A stretch of 63,431 bases of DNA, counting the filler, from Chiloscyllium plagiosum (Eukaryota): assembly GCF_004010195.1 (NCBI RefSeq). It is 6 parts of one record of this genome, joined end to end, with 100 filler letters (N's around TTAATTAATTAA, not from the genome) between each part and the next. Parts side by side here need not be neighbours in the genome. Positions count along the whole stretch, not along the records: positions 1 to 27,143 come from NC_057710.1; 5 more parts are not named here. One strand, 5' to 3'. Each line of letters starts with the position of its first letter. Positions within the stretch are counted from its first letter, which is position 1. The notes below the pieces were generated by a model, which saw only the letters and a list, made by a program, of their open reading frames with translations, was not told the origin of the DNA and searched no databases. Of the stretch, positions 1-13,077 are shown one piece after another. The translations under genes were made by a program, and so were the position numbers.

Positions 1-167
1 TTCCCAATGCCCCTCCCCCAAGTCCCTCCTCCCTATCTTTTATCTTAGTCTGCTTGGCACACCCTCCTCATTCCTGAAGAAGGGCTTATGCCTGAAACAT
101 CGATTCTCCTGCTCCTTTGATGCTGCCTGACCTGCTGCGCTTTTCCAGCAACACATTTTTTACCTCT

Positions 168-2230
168 GACATCTGTCCTATATCTATCACCCCTAGATCT
201 AAACCTATGTTCCTTGTGCTAGCCATCACCATCTGAGGAATAAGGCTCTCCCTGTCCACCCTATCTAATCCTCAGATTATCTTGTATGTCTCAATTAAGT
301 CACCTTTCAGTCTTATTCTCTCTAGCAAAAACAGCCTCAAATCCCTCAGCCTTTCCTCATAAGACCTTCTCTCCATACCAGGCAACATCTCAGTAAATCT
401 CCTCTGCACCCTTTCCAAAGCTTCCACATCCTTCTCATAATGTGGTGACCAGAACTGTACACAATACTCCAAGTGCAGCCGCACCAGAGCTTTGTACAGC
501 TACAGCATAACCTCCTGGTTCTGGAACACAGTCCCTCTTCCAATAAAAGTTAACACACTGTATGCCTTCTTAACATCCCTGTCAACCTGGGTGGCAACTT
601 TCAGGGATCTATGCACATGGACACTGAGATCTCTCTGTTCATCTATACTACCAAGAATCTTACCATTCGCCCAGTACTCTTTATTCCTGTTATTCCTTCC
701 AAAGTGAATCACCTCACACTTTTCCACATTAAACTCCATTTGCCACCTCTCAGCCCAGCTCAGCAGCATGTCTATGTTCCTCTGTAACCTGCAACATCCT
801 TCGGCACTACCCACAACTCCACCAACCTTAGTGTCATCCGCACCCTCAACCAGGCCATTTATAAAAATGATAAACAGTAGTGGCCCCAAAACAGATCCTT
901 GTGGTACACCACTAGTAACTGAACTTCAGGATGAATATTTCCCATCAGCTACCATCTCTGTATTTTGTGCAATAGCCTACTGTGGGAACATTATCAAATG
1001 CCTTACTGAAATCCATATACTCCACATCAACCGGTTTACTCTCATCCACCTGTTTGGTCACCTCCTCAAAGAACTCAATAAGGTTTGTGAGGCATGACCT
1101 ATCCTTTACAAAACTATGTTGGCTATCTCTAATCAAATTATTCCTTTCTAGATGATTATAACTCATCCTTTATAACCTTTTCCAACACTTTCCCACAACT
1201 GAAGTAAGGCTCACTGGTCTATAATTACCAGGGTTGTCTCTACTCCCCTTCCTAAACAAGGGGATAACATTTGCTATCCTCCAGTCTTCTGGCACTATTC
1301 CTGTAGACAATGATGACTTAAATATCAAGGCCAAAGCCTCAGCAATCTCTTCCCTGGCTTCCCAGAGAATCCTCGGGTAAATCCCATCTGGCACACTTTC
1401 CAGAATTGCTACTAACCTCCTCCTTGTGAACCTCAATCCTATCTTGTCTAGTAGCCTGTATTTCAGTATTCTTCTTGACAACATTGTCTTTTTCCAGTGT
1501 GAAACTGATAAAAAATATTTATTTAGTGCCTCTCCTATCTCCTCTGACTACACGCACAACTTCCTACTACTGTCCTTGACTGGCCCTAATCTTACTCTCG
1601 GCATTCTTTTATTCCTGACATTCCTATAGAAAGCTTTAGGTTTTCCTTGATCCTTCCTGCAAAAGACTTCTCATGTCTCCTCCTGGCTCTTCTTAGCTTC
1701 CTCTTTAGGTCTTTCCTGATGAACTTATAACGCTCAATCACTCTAACTGAGCCTTCAAGTCTGATCCTCACATAAGCCTTCTTCGTCCTCTTGACAAAAT
1801 ATTCAACTTCTTTAGTAAACCACAGCTCCCTCACTTGACCACTTTCTCCCTGCCTGACAGGTACGTACTTATCAGGACACACAGTAGCTGTTCCTTGAAT
1901 AAGCTCCACATTTCAATTGTGCCCATCCCCTGCAGTTTCCTTCCCCATCCTATGCATTGTAAATCTTGCCTAATCGCATCGTAATTGCCTTTCCCCCCAG
2001 CTATAACTCTTGCCCTGCGGTATATACCTATCCCTTTCCATCACCAAAGTAAATATAACCGAATTGTGGTCACTATCACCAAAGTGCTCACCTCCCTCCA
2101 AATCTAACACCTGGCTGGGTTCATTACCCAGTACCAAATCCAATGTGGCCTCGCCCCTTGTTGGCCTGTCTACATACTGTGTCAGGATACCCTCCTGCAC
2201 ACATTGGACGAAAACTGACCCTCCTAAAGT
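168..2230 (-). mobile_element. CR1 (HER1-like) LINE, ORF2 remnant
   Basis: Endonuclease end (HFGDSDHN), PGNYRPVSLTSVVGK, DFSKAFD, ADDTK and [11 protein letters not shown], broken by frameshifts. Confidence 0.93.
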
Positions 2231-3589
2231 ACTTGAGCTACAGCGAGCTACTCAAACCTTCAGAAGGCTTTAACCATCTGGCCAGGAGCCAATCAGGAAG
2301 CTGTTGCTATGCTGAGCACTCCTGAACCCACAGGAACTGGTGCCAATTGAAAGCAAATGAAATGACTGTTGCTGTATAGAATTACCTGAAAATACACAGA
2401 ATGTTGATTTGTCTGATCTTTACCATCACCATTTAAATGAGGTGATGTTCTAGAAACAGCTCAGAATGTGTTTCCCAAAGGTCACTGCCACAATCAGTTC
2501 AGTACGCGTTCCTGCTCACTCAACGATGCTGACACTGAAGATCTTTAATGGTCAGGTTGACTACTTTCCCCATGACACATGGGGAGTGGCCGATAGTTTC
2601 CCATTCTCTGCCTCCCTCCCTCCCTTCATTCTTGAATAAAGGCCCTTTCCTGAATGCAGGGAATTGTGGAAGGTTATCACTTCATTAGCAACCTCCTTGA
2701 AGATGTTAGTGAAGTCCACCTGGACCCAGGGACCTGTCAGTCCACAGCTCCACTCGTTTCCGTAGGACCACTTCCCTCATGATTGTAGTTTCACTAAGTT
2801 CACATTTCCACTTCTTGATTGACCATTATGACTGAAATGTTTTGTTTCATTTTTATAAACTCTTCCTTATTCACTTGTGGGATGTAGTCATCACTGGATG
2901 GGCCAACATTTATTGCCCAGTGACCCTTCCACATACCTGCTGAGCTTTGCTCGCAGCTTCTGCTTTTTGTTCCTGATTGGCAGCATTCACAGTTCTTTCA
3001 GTTTTTATTTGTTTTCATATTGGTTCAGGACCCAAACTGCAGATTTAACCTTTTCACTCTCTGTGTTAATGAACAATTCTATCATCGTAAGGTTGTTTTC
3101 ACCAACAGACCCCAGGTAGCAAGATTGTTCATTAATCCTTTCTCCTTGTACAGTGCCCAGTCTGGGATAGCCTCTATCTTGTTGGTTCCCCAGTGTATTG
3201 GTTTAAAAAAAACATCAATACCTACTCTAGGAAGTCTTATTCCACAATACTCTGATGGTTTATTTTGTCTAATTTACATACAGGTTAAAGTCACCAATGA
3301 TTACAGTTACACTCTTATTGCATGGATCTTTAATCTGTTAATTAATGTCTTCGCTTACATTTCCATTCCTATATAGGGACGCATCAACACCTACTACGAA
3401 TATTTTTTACCCCTTAATGTTTCTTAACTCGACCAATACAGATTCCACATTGTTCATTAGTAAAGTGTAGGGTTATGTAGATTCATAGAATCCCGACAGT
3501 GTAGGGACAGGCCCTTCAGCCCAACAAATCCACACCAACCCTCCAAACAGGAACCTACCCAGACCCATTCCCTGAACCTATTACTCTAC

Positions 3590-3898
3590 TTAGATTACTA
3601 AATTACTTACTTACAGTGTGAAAACAGGCCCTTCGGCCCAACAAGTCCACACCGACCCGTCAAAGCACAACCCACCCAGACCCATTCCCCTACGTTTACC
3701 CCTTCACCTAAAACTACAGGCAATTTAGCATGGCCAATTCACCTAACCTGCACATTTTTTGGAGTGTGGGAGGAAACCCACGCAGACCCAGGGAGAATGT
3801 GCAAACTCCACACAGAGAGTCGCCTGAGGCAGGAATTGAACCCGGGTCCCCAGTGCTGTGGGGCAACAGTGTTAACCACTGAACCACTGTGCTGCCCA
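3590..3898 (-). mobile_element. HE1/V-SINE
   Basis: Reverse complement of the 55017 element, with A/B boxes and tail. Confidence 0.9.
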
Positions 3899-4789
3899 TA
3901 GGTTAGTTTGATCTTAGAGTAGGATAAAAGGTCTGCACAACATTGAGGGCCGAAGGGCCTGTATTGTGATGTACAGTTCTATGCTCTATGTAACTATCCA
4001 AATCAATGTCCTTCCTTGCAGTTGCCTTGAATTTCCTGTTTTATCAACAAATTTACTCCACCTCCTTTCATAACTTTCTGTCCTTATTAAATAGTAGATA
4101 TTCCTGGTTGGTCAGTTCCCATCCTTGGCCAACCTGCAGCATGTTTCTGTCATTGCAGCTATATCATAAAAATTCATATATATTTGCACTGTTGAGACAT
4201 CTATCTGACTGTGACTGCTCCAATGTGTTATAAGACATGGCTAGCAAGTGGAAACAAATTAGTCTCATTGTCACTGGATTCACAACACAATAACATTAAA
4301 TCATTTGCTTACACTCACAATTGCTCAAATCTTTTTAACCGGACTGTACAATTAATAGATATTGGATGTCAAGTTTATAGCAAGCAAACATTAGCAGAAC
4401 ACAGATGAATTACAAAGTAATCTAAATTAATATCTACAATCTCAGTCCAATGTTCTTGATCACAAGTTCCCACTCCCATACTGACACACGGAGAGATACA
4501 ATTAAGCAATAATGTTTTTTTAGAAATAAAGGAATTGTAAATTATCAGTTTGACAACTGTTCCAATGATGAATACCAGGCCTTGGAAAATAGGTTGTATT
4601 ACAGGCAGATAGGATTGTGTCTCCAGGCAACACAAACAGCTTCCACAGACCTCATAGAACATAGAACAGTACAGCACAGTATAGGCCCTTTGGCCCACAA
4701 TGATGTGCTGACCTTTTATCCTGTTCCTGAGACCTTTCTAGATTTCCTGGTGAGGAGAGTTCTTTTCATCAAAATTTTTGACAAGTTGA

Positions 4790-5745
4790 TTAGAACAGAG
4801 AACCTTACAGCACAGGAATGGGCCCTTTGACCCATGATGTTGTGTTGAACATGGTACCAAATGCTTTTTGCCTGCCTTTTATCCATGTCCCTCCACACCT
4901 CAAATGTTCATGTGCTGATCTAAAAGTCCCTTAAATGCCTCTATCGTATCTGTCTCCATCATCACCCCTGGCAGTGTGTTCAGACCTTACCATTCTCTGT
5001 GTAAAAACACTTGTCCCTCATGTCTATTTTGAACCTTCTCCCTTTCACCTTAAGTGCATGCCTGCTAGTATTAGACATTTCAACTCTGACTGTCAACCCT
5101 ATCTATGCATCTCAATTTTATAGATTTCGATCAAGTCTCCCCTCAGCCTCTGCCGCTCCAGGGAAAACAACCTGAGCTTTTCTAGCCTCTCCTTATAGCT
5201 CATACACTCTAATCCAGGCAGCATCCTGGGAACTGTTCTGTAGCCTCTCCAAAGCCTCCCCATCCTCCCTGGAATGTGATGACCAGAACTTAATACAATA
5301 GTTTTATGTGTGACCTAACCAAAGTCTTTTAAAGCTGCTACATGAATCCTGACTCTTGTATCAATGCTCCAAACAATAAAGGCAAGCATGCCATATGCCT
5401 TCTTTCCCACCCTGTCTACCTGTGTGGCCACTTTCAGGGAGTTATGTACTTGAACCCCAAGATCTCTCTGTACAGCAATGCTGTTCAGGGTCCTGCCATT
5501 AACTGTGTACTTTTCCTTAACATTTGATCTCCCAAAGTGCAGCATCTCATATATAACCAGATTAAACTCCATCTGCCATTTCTCCACCCATATCTACAAC
5601 TGACCTCTATCCCACTGTATCCTTTGACAAACTGTCTACAATATCCATAATTCCACTGATCTTTGTATCATCTGCAAGCTTACTAACCTACCCATCTACA
5701 TTTCCATCCAAATAATTTATATATATATCACAAATAACAGAAGTC
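4790..5745 (-). mobile_element. CR1 LINE 3' fragment
   Basis: WQMEFN...QRDLGVQVHNSLKVATQVDRV followed by the CR1 3' tail. Confidence 0.85.
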
Positions 5746-7881
5746 TGAAAACTTGTGCTTCCAAATGAACCTGTTGGGCCAAACCAAAACTGAGAAAAAT
5801 ACAAGTAATGATGGTCTCAACACACGCATCAAGACTGAAAACCCTGAGTCATCTTACTTTTATTTTAGACTATGGCACAATTGCTTTTGACTCCTAAATA
5901 AAAGCTGTAAGAACTGCAGATGCTGTAAATCAGAAACAAAAACAAAAATTGCTGGAAAAGCTCAGCAGATCTGGCAGCATCTGTGAAGAGAAATCAGGTT
6001 AATGTTTCAGGTCCAGTCACCTTTCCTCAGACCTGGTCCCAGTGACCCAGTCACTGAAGTCCTTGCTGCCTGCTCGAAGTGCACCTTCAAGGGGTATGAG
6101 CACCTGTCTGAATGTGCTATCAGTGACTTGCTCAGCATCCACAGTGAATACTGCACAGTGACTACTGCACAGTGACTTCACCTCCAGCTCTGAAATGTGG
6201 TTGGCCACTTGCTAAGGTGAACAGCAGGGATCTTTTCCCGAGGTTGGGAGAGCTCAAAACTAGGGGCATACTTTTATGAGGAGAAAAGTTTAAAAAGGAC
6301 ATAAGGGACAACATTTTATACAGAGAGTGGTCAGTGTTTGAAATGATTTCCAGAGGAAGTGGTGGATGCGGGTACAATTACAACATTTAAAGACATTGAA
6401 AAAGTTCATGAACAGGAAAGGTTTGGAGGGATGTGGCCCAAGTGCAGGCAGTTGTGCCTGGTTTCATTTGGAAACATGGTCAGCATGGACTAGTTGGACC
6501 GAAGGGTCTGTTTCCATGCTATATGACTCTCTGACTCCTGCACGTATGATCACCAGGAACAACTGAAGCTTCTATGGTTTGCCACATAGTACAGGAGGAA
6601 CATATCAGGAGTGTGAACGGAAAATGGATAGAAGATACCTCCCAGTCTCTTGGCTGTAATGGCACACGGGTATGGTCACTCTCTGTTTGAGAACTGCTGT
6701 TGCTTACTTCACAGCTCCTTTCCCTGTGGTGGAGCAAAGACTAATTCTTACACGACAATGTGGTTGAAGGATAATATCAAAGAAAAACAGACACCTTTCT
6801 CCCCACTCAACCACATTCCTGATTGAAGGGATTATCCCCAAAACATCAACTCTCCTGCTCCTCAGATGCTGCCTGACCTGTTGTGCTTTTCCAGCTTTTC
6901 AACTAACTCCTGAATGAGCAAACTTCAGAAATGGGCGCTTGCTCTTCAGTAACATTCCCGCGTTTGCAGAGCTGCACCAAGCTCCCACGTTTCGATTTGA
7001 CTCAGACTCGAGCTCAGCATCGACAATGTCCTATTGGGACGTTTTCCCCAGTTCACAACCAGAACCCACTGCTCCCACAGCCACACCGGCATCTCTCTCA
7101 GCTGCCCTGCCTTCAACCAGTTTGTACATGACCCCGGTCATAAAACAGTAATTATGACCTTGAGGTTCTGCTGGTTAATTTGATGCTAAGTCATAAAACT
7201 GACAATGCAAAGCCTCCTTTATCTTAACATTGCACCGATGGTTTTCTTATTCCTTCATGGGATGTGGGTATCACTGACTGGGCCATCTCTAATTGGCCAG
7301 AGGGCAGTTAGGAGTCAACCAGAATACATGCCAGCCAGACCAGGTGACAATGACAGATTTCCTTCCTTGAAGGACATTAGTGATTCAGATAGATTTACAG
7401 TCATCATTAACTCTTAATTCCAGATTTTAAAAAACATTGAATTTAGATTCCACTGTCTGCTTTGACAGGATTTGAACCCAGCTGCCCAGAATATTACCTT
7501 GATGTTGGATTAATAGTCCAGTGACAATGACACTCACCATCACCTCCCTAATGGGGTATGATGTCTGGATCCTCCCTCTCCCATTCCAAGTTCTCTCCAG
7601 CCCTTTGCAGATATCCCAAAACCTGGCACTGGAAAGTAAACAACAATACAGAAGATTCCTAACCCTTTAGGTTTATAAGTATGTCCTCATCCTGTTCTAA
7701 AGGACCAACCTCTTATCCGGAGTATAAAGTCCTCGTGTTCCAGATTCTTTAACGAGTTACAGTACCCTCTGTCTACTTATCAATTACTTTCTGATTTGGA
7801 GATGTCGGTGTTGGACTGGGGTGTACAAAGTTAAAAATCATACACAACACCAGGCTATAGTCCAACAGGTTTAATTTGAAG

Positions 7882-7916
7882 CACTAGCTTTCGGAGCGCT
7901 GCTCCTTCATCAGGTG
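7882..7916 (-). ncRNA. Minimal type I hammerhead ribozyme motif, intact core
   Basis: RNA CAC-CUGAUGA-A-GGAGC(AGC)GCUCC-GAAAGCUA-GUG: stem I CAC/GUG, 5-bp stem II, palindromic AGCU in place of stem III. Confidence 0.75.
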
Positions 7917-8943
7917 GTTGTGGAGGGCACAATTGTAAGGCACAGAATTTATAGCAAAAGTTTACAGTGTGATGTAACTGGAATTATACATTGAAAAACA
8001 CCTTCATTGTTTGTTAAATCTCTCATCTGTTAGAATGACCATGATAGTTTCTCTTCTTTCATATGTAAATCAGAAAATGTTTTTTTTTTAAAAGTTACAC
8101 TCTCAGGTAAACTTTAACAATTGGTGTCAGCACAGATAATGTGTTGAAGGTCTTAGCCCCCTATGTGCTGTTGTCTGTGCTATAATGTTTAGACTGATTC
8201 TAATCTGAAAAATGAGTTAACAGAGTCATGCATGGATTCATGCAGTTTTTGAGCAAAGTACACTGTAACTCTGTAAATACAAATTCACCCCACAAACATA
8301 CATGTGTATGTGTGTGTGTGTTTGTGTGTGTGTGTCTGGGATGGAGGGTTCTGATTGTCTGTGAGAGAGTATGTATGTGTGTGTGTGAGTGTAAAGGGGT
8401 CTAAGTCTGTACCCATAGGGAGGGCCTCAACCGACCTTGGGTTCATGTCACACTACAGGTGACCTACCTCTAGTCCTGATGAAGGGTTTTTGCCCGAAAC
8501 GTCAATTTTCCTGCTCCTCAGATGCAAACTGACCTACTGTGCTTTTCCATCACCACTCTAATCTTGACTCTGGTTTCCAGCATCTGCAGTCCTTGTTTTT
8601 ACCTATTGTTAAAGTTAACCTGAGAATGTAACTTTTAAAAAAACTTACATATGAAAGAAGTGAAACTAACATGGTCATTCTAACAGATGAGGGACTTAAC
8701 AAACAATCCAGGTATTTTTCAATGTATAATTTGAGTTACATCACTCTGTAAATTCTGTGCCTTACAATTGTGTCCTCCACAACCACCCGATGAAGGAGTG
8801 ACACTCTGAAAGCTAGTGCTCCAAGTACACCTGTTGGACTATAGAGGTAAAAACAATGACTGCAGATGCTGGAAACCAGATTCTGGATTAGTGGTGCTGG
8901 AAGAGCACAGCAGGTCAGGCAGCATCCAGAGAGCTTCGAAATC

Positions 8944-8971
8944 GACGTTTCGGGCAAAAGCCCTTCATCAG
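8944..8971 (-). ncRNA. Minimal hammerhead ribozyme motif, intact core
   Basis: CUGAUGA-A-GGGC(UUUU)GCCC-GAAACGUC with palindromic ACGU. Confidence 0.7.
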
Positions 8972-9483
8972 GAATAAAGGCAGTGAGCCTGAAGTGTGGA
9001 GAGATAAGCTAGAGAGGGTGGGGGTGTGGAGAAAGTAGCATAGAGTACAAGAGGAAACTATTGAAACGCACGTTGCAAGAAGTCTGTTTCAGGACATGGT
9101 TAAACAGCCTCAGGGCAGAGGAAATGACCTGGGAGTTGCAGTGAGAGAGGGACTCTCTGAGATTCCTGTAGAGAGAGGAGGAAAACTTCTTCAAGTCAGG
9201 CATCCTTGCAAGACGATTCGCAGTCGGGTTAAAATGTAAAGTGAATCAGACAACGTCAAGATTGAATGCAGGGGGTAAAAACAATGACTGCAGATGCTGG
9301 AAACTAGATTCTGGATTAGTGGTACTGGAAGAGCATAACCTGGTGTGTGATTTTTAACTAATTATTTTCTGAATCTTGTATATTTTAATCACCTCAGCTC
9401 TCAGTGTCTAAGGTAATCAGGACTGAACTTTTCATACTTGGCAGAATATCAGAAATAAATAATTGTTTATGTCTCCCCTACAG

Positions 9484-9676
9484 GGATGTGCAGTGTGGAA
9501 AAGTCCAGTGTGAAACTGCACAACAACATCCCCTTCAGATGCAAAGAGCAGATATCAAAGACATTCAGGTTTTGGTGATGCAAAACGTTTATAACTGCAA
9601 ATCGCCAAAGTTAATTATGAATGAATTCAGAACTTCAGATTTAGTTCACGATGGAACCAAGTGTGGAGAACACAGG
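9484..9676 (+). CDS. ADAM metalloprotease (ADAM12/19/33-like) exon: cysteine-rich domain
   Basis: Acceptor tctcccctacag| and donor |gtaaac, phase 2 to 0. Encodes (R)DVQCGKVQCE...NCKS...DLVHDGTKCGEHR, matching ADAM-CR motifs such as ADAM12 RDAKCGKIQC...GLVLAGTKC. Confidence 0.93.
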
Positions 9677-9824
9677 GTAAACATGCAATCATACAGTACA
9701 GAAAATATCCTTTGGTCCATTGAATCTGCATCAAGACAAAACCATTCTAAATCTACATCAGTCCCATTCTCGGACATGAGGCCTATGGCCTGGAATATTA
9801 CAACATTTCAAGTAGAGTTTAAAA

Positions 9825-10850
9825 CATAGAACATAGAACATTACAGAACAGTACAGACCTATCGGCCCTCGATGTTGTGCCGGCCTGTGGAACCAATCTG
9901 AACCCCATCTAACCTACACTATTCCATTCTCATCCATATGCCTGTCCAATGACCATTTAAATGCCTGTAAAGTTGGTGAATCTACCACTGTTGCAGGCAG
10001 GCCATTCCACCCCCCAACTACTCTGTGAGTGAAGAAACTATCTCTGACATCTGTCCTGTATTTAGTGCGTTGCAGTTTGGTGAAGCAAACCTGGGCGGGA
10101 CTTACACAGTCAATGGTAGGACCCTGAGGAGTGTTATACAACAGTGTTATAGATCTAGGGGTACAGGTTCATAGCTCCTTGAAAATAGAGTCACAGGTAA
10201 ACAGGGTGGTAATTAAAGCTTTCAGCATGCTTGCTTTCATCAGTCAGAGCATTGAATGTAGAAGATGGGAAGTCTTGTTGCAGCTGTACAAGACATTGGT
10301 GAGGCCACATTTGGAGTACTCTGTGCACTTTTGATAGCCTTCCTATAGAAAGGATATTATTAAACTGGAAACAGTGGGAAAATGATTTACCAGGATGCTA
10401 CATGGATTGGAAGGTTTGAGTTCTAAGGAGAGGTTGAATAGGCTGGGACTTCTTTCATTGGAGCAGAGAAGACTGAGGGGTGACCTTGTGGAGGTCTATA
10501 AAATCATGAGCGGCATAGATAAGGTAGATATCAGACAGCTTTTGCACATGGTAGGGGAGTCCACAAGTAGAGGGCATATGTTTAAGGAGAGAGGGGAGAG
10601 ATGTAGAAGGGTGCAGAGGGACACTTCTTTCACACAGAGGGTGGTTAGTGTCCGGAACTGTCCGGAGGTGAAAAGAAATACAATTTCATCATTTCAGAAA
10701 CACTGAGACAGATACATAGATGGAATAGGTATGGAGGAACATGGACCAAACCCAGGCAAATGGGCTAGATTAAACCGTGAAAATGGGGTGGTGTGGGCCA
10801 GTGGGCTGAGGGTGCATTTTCAGGCTCTAAGGGCTCTAGACCTCTATGAT
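9825..10850. mobile_element. Two divergently oriented CR1 3' fragments (9825-10062 minus, 10063-10850 plus)
   Basis: Tail repeat (AACATAG)n and FFTHRVV on minus; RPHLEYSVHF and RRLRGDLVEVYKIM on plus. Confidence 0.85.
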
Positions 10851-10899
10851 TTGATGACCATAAGTATTCATTCAAGTTCTGTTTAAAACTTGTGTGGTT

Positions 10900-13075
10900 T
10901 CCCTACAGACCAGTCAGTAAAGAGTTGGAGAGGATTCTGAGAGAGAGGATTTATTATTACTTGGAAAACCATAGTTTAATTAGAGATAGTCAACATGACT
11001 TTGTGAGGGGCAGGTCATGCCCCACAAACCTTATTGAATTTTTTGAGGATGTGACAAAATACATTGATGAAAGTAGAGCAGTGGATGCAGTGTATGTGGA
11101 TTTATAGAATATCGAACATGGAACAGAGAGCAGTACCACACAGTACAGGCCCTTCAGCCCTCGATGTTGGGCCCTTCAGTCCGACTCTAAGATCAGACTA
11201 ACCTACATTTCCTGTATTGTACTATCTTCCACGTGCATATCCAAGAGTTGCTTAATGTCCCTCATGTCTCTGACTCTACTACCACTTTCCACACACCCAC
11301 CACTTTCTGAGTGAAGAACCTACCTCTGACATCTCCCCTAACCCTTTCTCCAATTACCTTAATACACTGCCTCCTCATTATAGCCATTTCTACCCTGAGA
11401 AAAATTCTCTGCATATCCACTCTATCTATGCCTCTCATCATTATGTACACCTCTATCAAGTCACCTCTCATCCTTCTTTGCTCCAATGAGAAAAGCCTTA
11501 GCTCTCTCACTCTTTCTTCATAAGACATGCCCTCCAGTCCAGGCAGCATCCTGATAAATCTCCTCTTCACCCTCTCTAAAGCTTCCACATCTTTCCCATA
11601 ATGAGATGATCAGGACTGAACAAATATTCCAAGTCTGGTCTAACCACATATCGAATGTGGATTTCCCTTCAAACAGCTGCTCCCAATCGACATTCCCCAG
11701 CTCCTGCCAAATTTTGCTATGGTTGGCCTTCCCCCAGTTTAGCACTCTTCCTTTAGAACCACTCTCGTCTTTATCCTTGATTATCCGAAAACTTATGGAG
11801 TTTTGATCCCTATTCTCAAAGTAATCCCTTACTGAAACTTCAACCACCCGGCCAGGCTCATTCCCCAACACCAGGTCCAGTATGGCCCCTTCCCGAGTTG
11901 GAGTATTTACATCCTGCTCTAGAACCCTCCTGGATGCTCTTCACAAATTCTGCTCCATCTAGACCTCTGACACTGTGAATCCCAGTCAATATTTGGGAAA
12001 TTCAAATCTCCCGTCACCACCACCTTGTTGCTCCTGAATCTTTCCATAGTTTCTTTACTTGTTTGTACCTCTATCTCACGCTCGCTGTTGGGAGGCCTGT
12101 GGTACAGCCCCAACATTGTTAACGCACCCTTTCTATTTCTGAGCTCTGTCCATATTGCCTCACTGCGCGAGTCATCCATGGTGCCCTCCTTCAGCACAGC
12201 AGCTCTGTCCATATTGCCTCACTGCTCGAGTCCTCCATTGTGCCCTCCTTCAGCACAGCTATGATATCCTCTCTGACCAGTAATGCAATTCCTCCCCCCC
12301 CTTTTACCTCCCTCTCTATCCTATGTCCTGGGATATTTAGTTGACACATGCCCTTCCCTTAAGGGGGCAGCATGGTGGGTCAGCGCCCAGGACCCGGGTT
12401 CGATTCCCACCTCAGGCGACTGTCTGTGTGGTGTTTGAACATCTCCCTGTGTCTGCGTGGGTTTCCTCCAGGTGTTCCGGTTTCCTCCCACAATCCAAAC
12501 GATGTGCAGATCAGGTGATTAGGCCATACTAAATTGCCAAGTCAGGGGTAAATATAGGGTAGGGGAATGGTTCTGGGTGGATTACTCTTCGGAGGGTCGC
12601 TGTGGAATTGCTGGGCTGAGGGTAAGTAATTGTAAGTAGTCTAATCTAGTTAAGCAAGTCTCAGTAATAGCAATAACATCACACTCCCAGGTACCAATCC
12701 AAGCCCTAAGTTTATTTACCTTACCAACTATACTCCTCACATTAAAATAAATGCCCCTCAGACCACCAGTCCCTTTGCGTTCATCCTCTGCTCCCTGTCT
12801 CCTCTTCCCCTTAGTCACGCTGACTTCATTATCTAGTTCCTTACAGGCTTTAGTCACTACCTCCTTACTGACCTTACGTCCACTAACCTCCGCATTTGGT
12901 TCCCATCCCCCTGCCCCATTAGTTGAAACCCTCTGCAACAGCATTAGCAAAAGCGCTCCAAGGACATTGGTTCCTGTCTGGTCCAGGTATAGACTGTCCA
13001 ATTTGTATTCGTCCCAACTCCCCCAGGACCGGTTCTGATGTCCCAAAATCTGAACCCCTCCCTCCTGCACCATCT
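10900..13075. mobile_element. Nested CR1 fragments, mostly minus strand (RT end, endonuclease, ORF1 end)
   Basis: ORFs with EAIWTELRNRKG..LYHRPP, GDLNFPNIDW, IYFNVRSIVGK and RRMRGDLIEVY. Confidence 0.85.
12363..12650 (+). mobile_element. HE1/V-SINE inserted in a CR1
   Basis: B box GGTTCGATTCC, V-domain and tail. Confidence 0.85.
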
Positions 13076-13077
13076 CT

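Larger units (their letters stand above)
7792..9360. mobile_element. Composite Penelope-like element: inverted pseudo-LTRs with a second Penelope family nested inside
   Basis: 7830-8122 is inverted at 8604-8843 and continues at 9336-9359. The nested piece 8844-9335 has a direct partial terminal repeat (GGTAAAAACAATGACTGCAGATGCTGG at 8846 and 9275). Hammerhead motifs are present. Confidence 0.75.

Noticed and set aside
2655..2675. GNCG-like motif expected in the preceding ADAM exon
   Set aside because: It lies in degenerate reverse CR1-like sequence without splice signals. The real exon is probably upstream of the window.
6939..7151. 70-aa Ser/Thr/Pro-rich ORF
   Set aside because: No clear splice sites or homology, and it does not fit between ADAM cysteine-rich exons.
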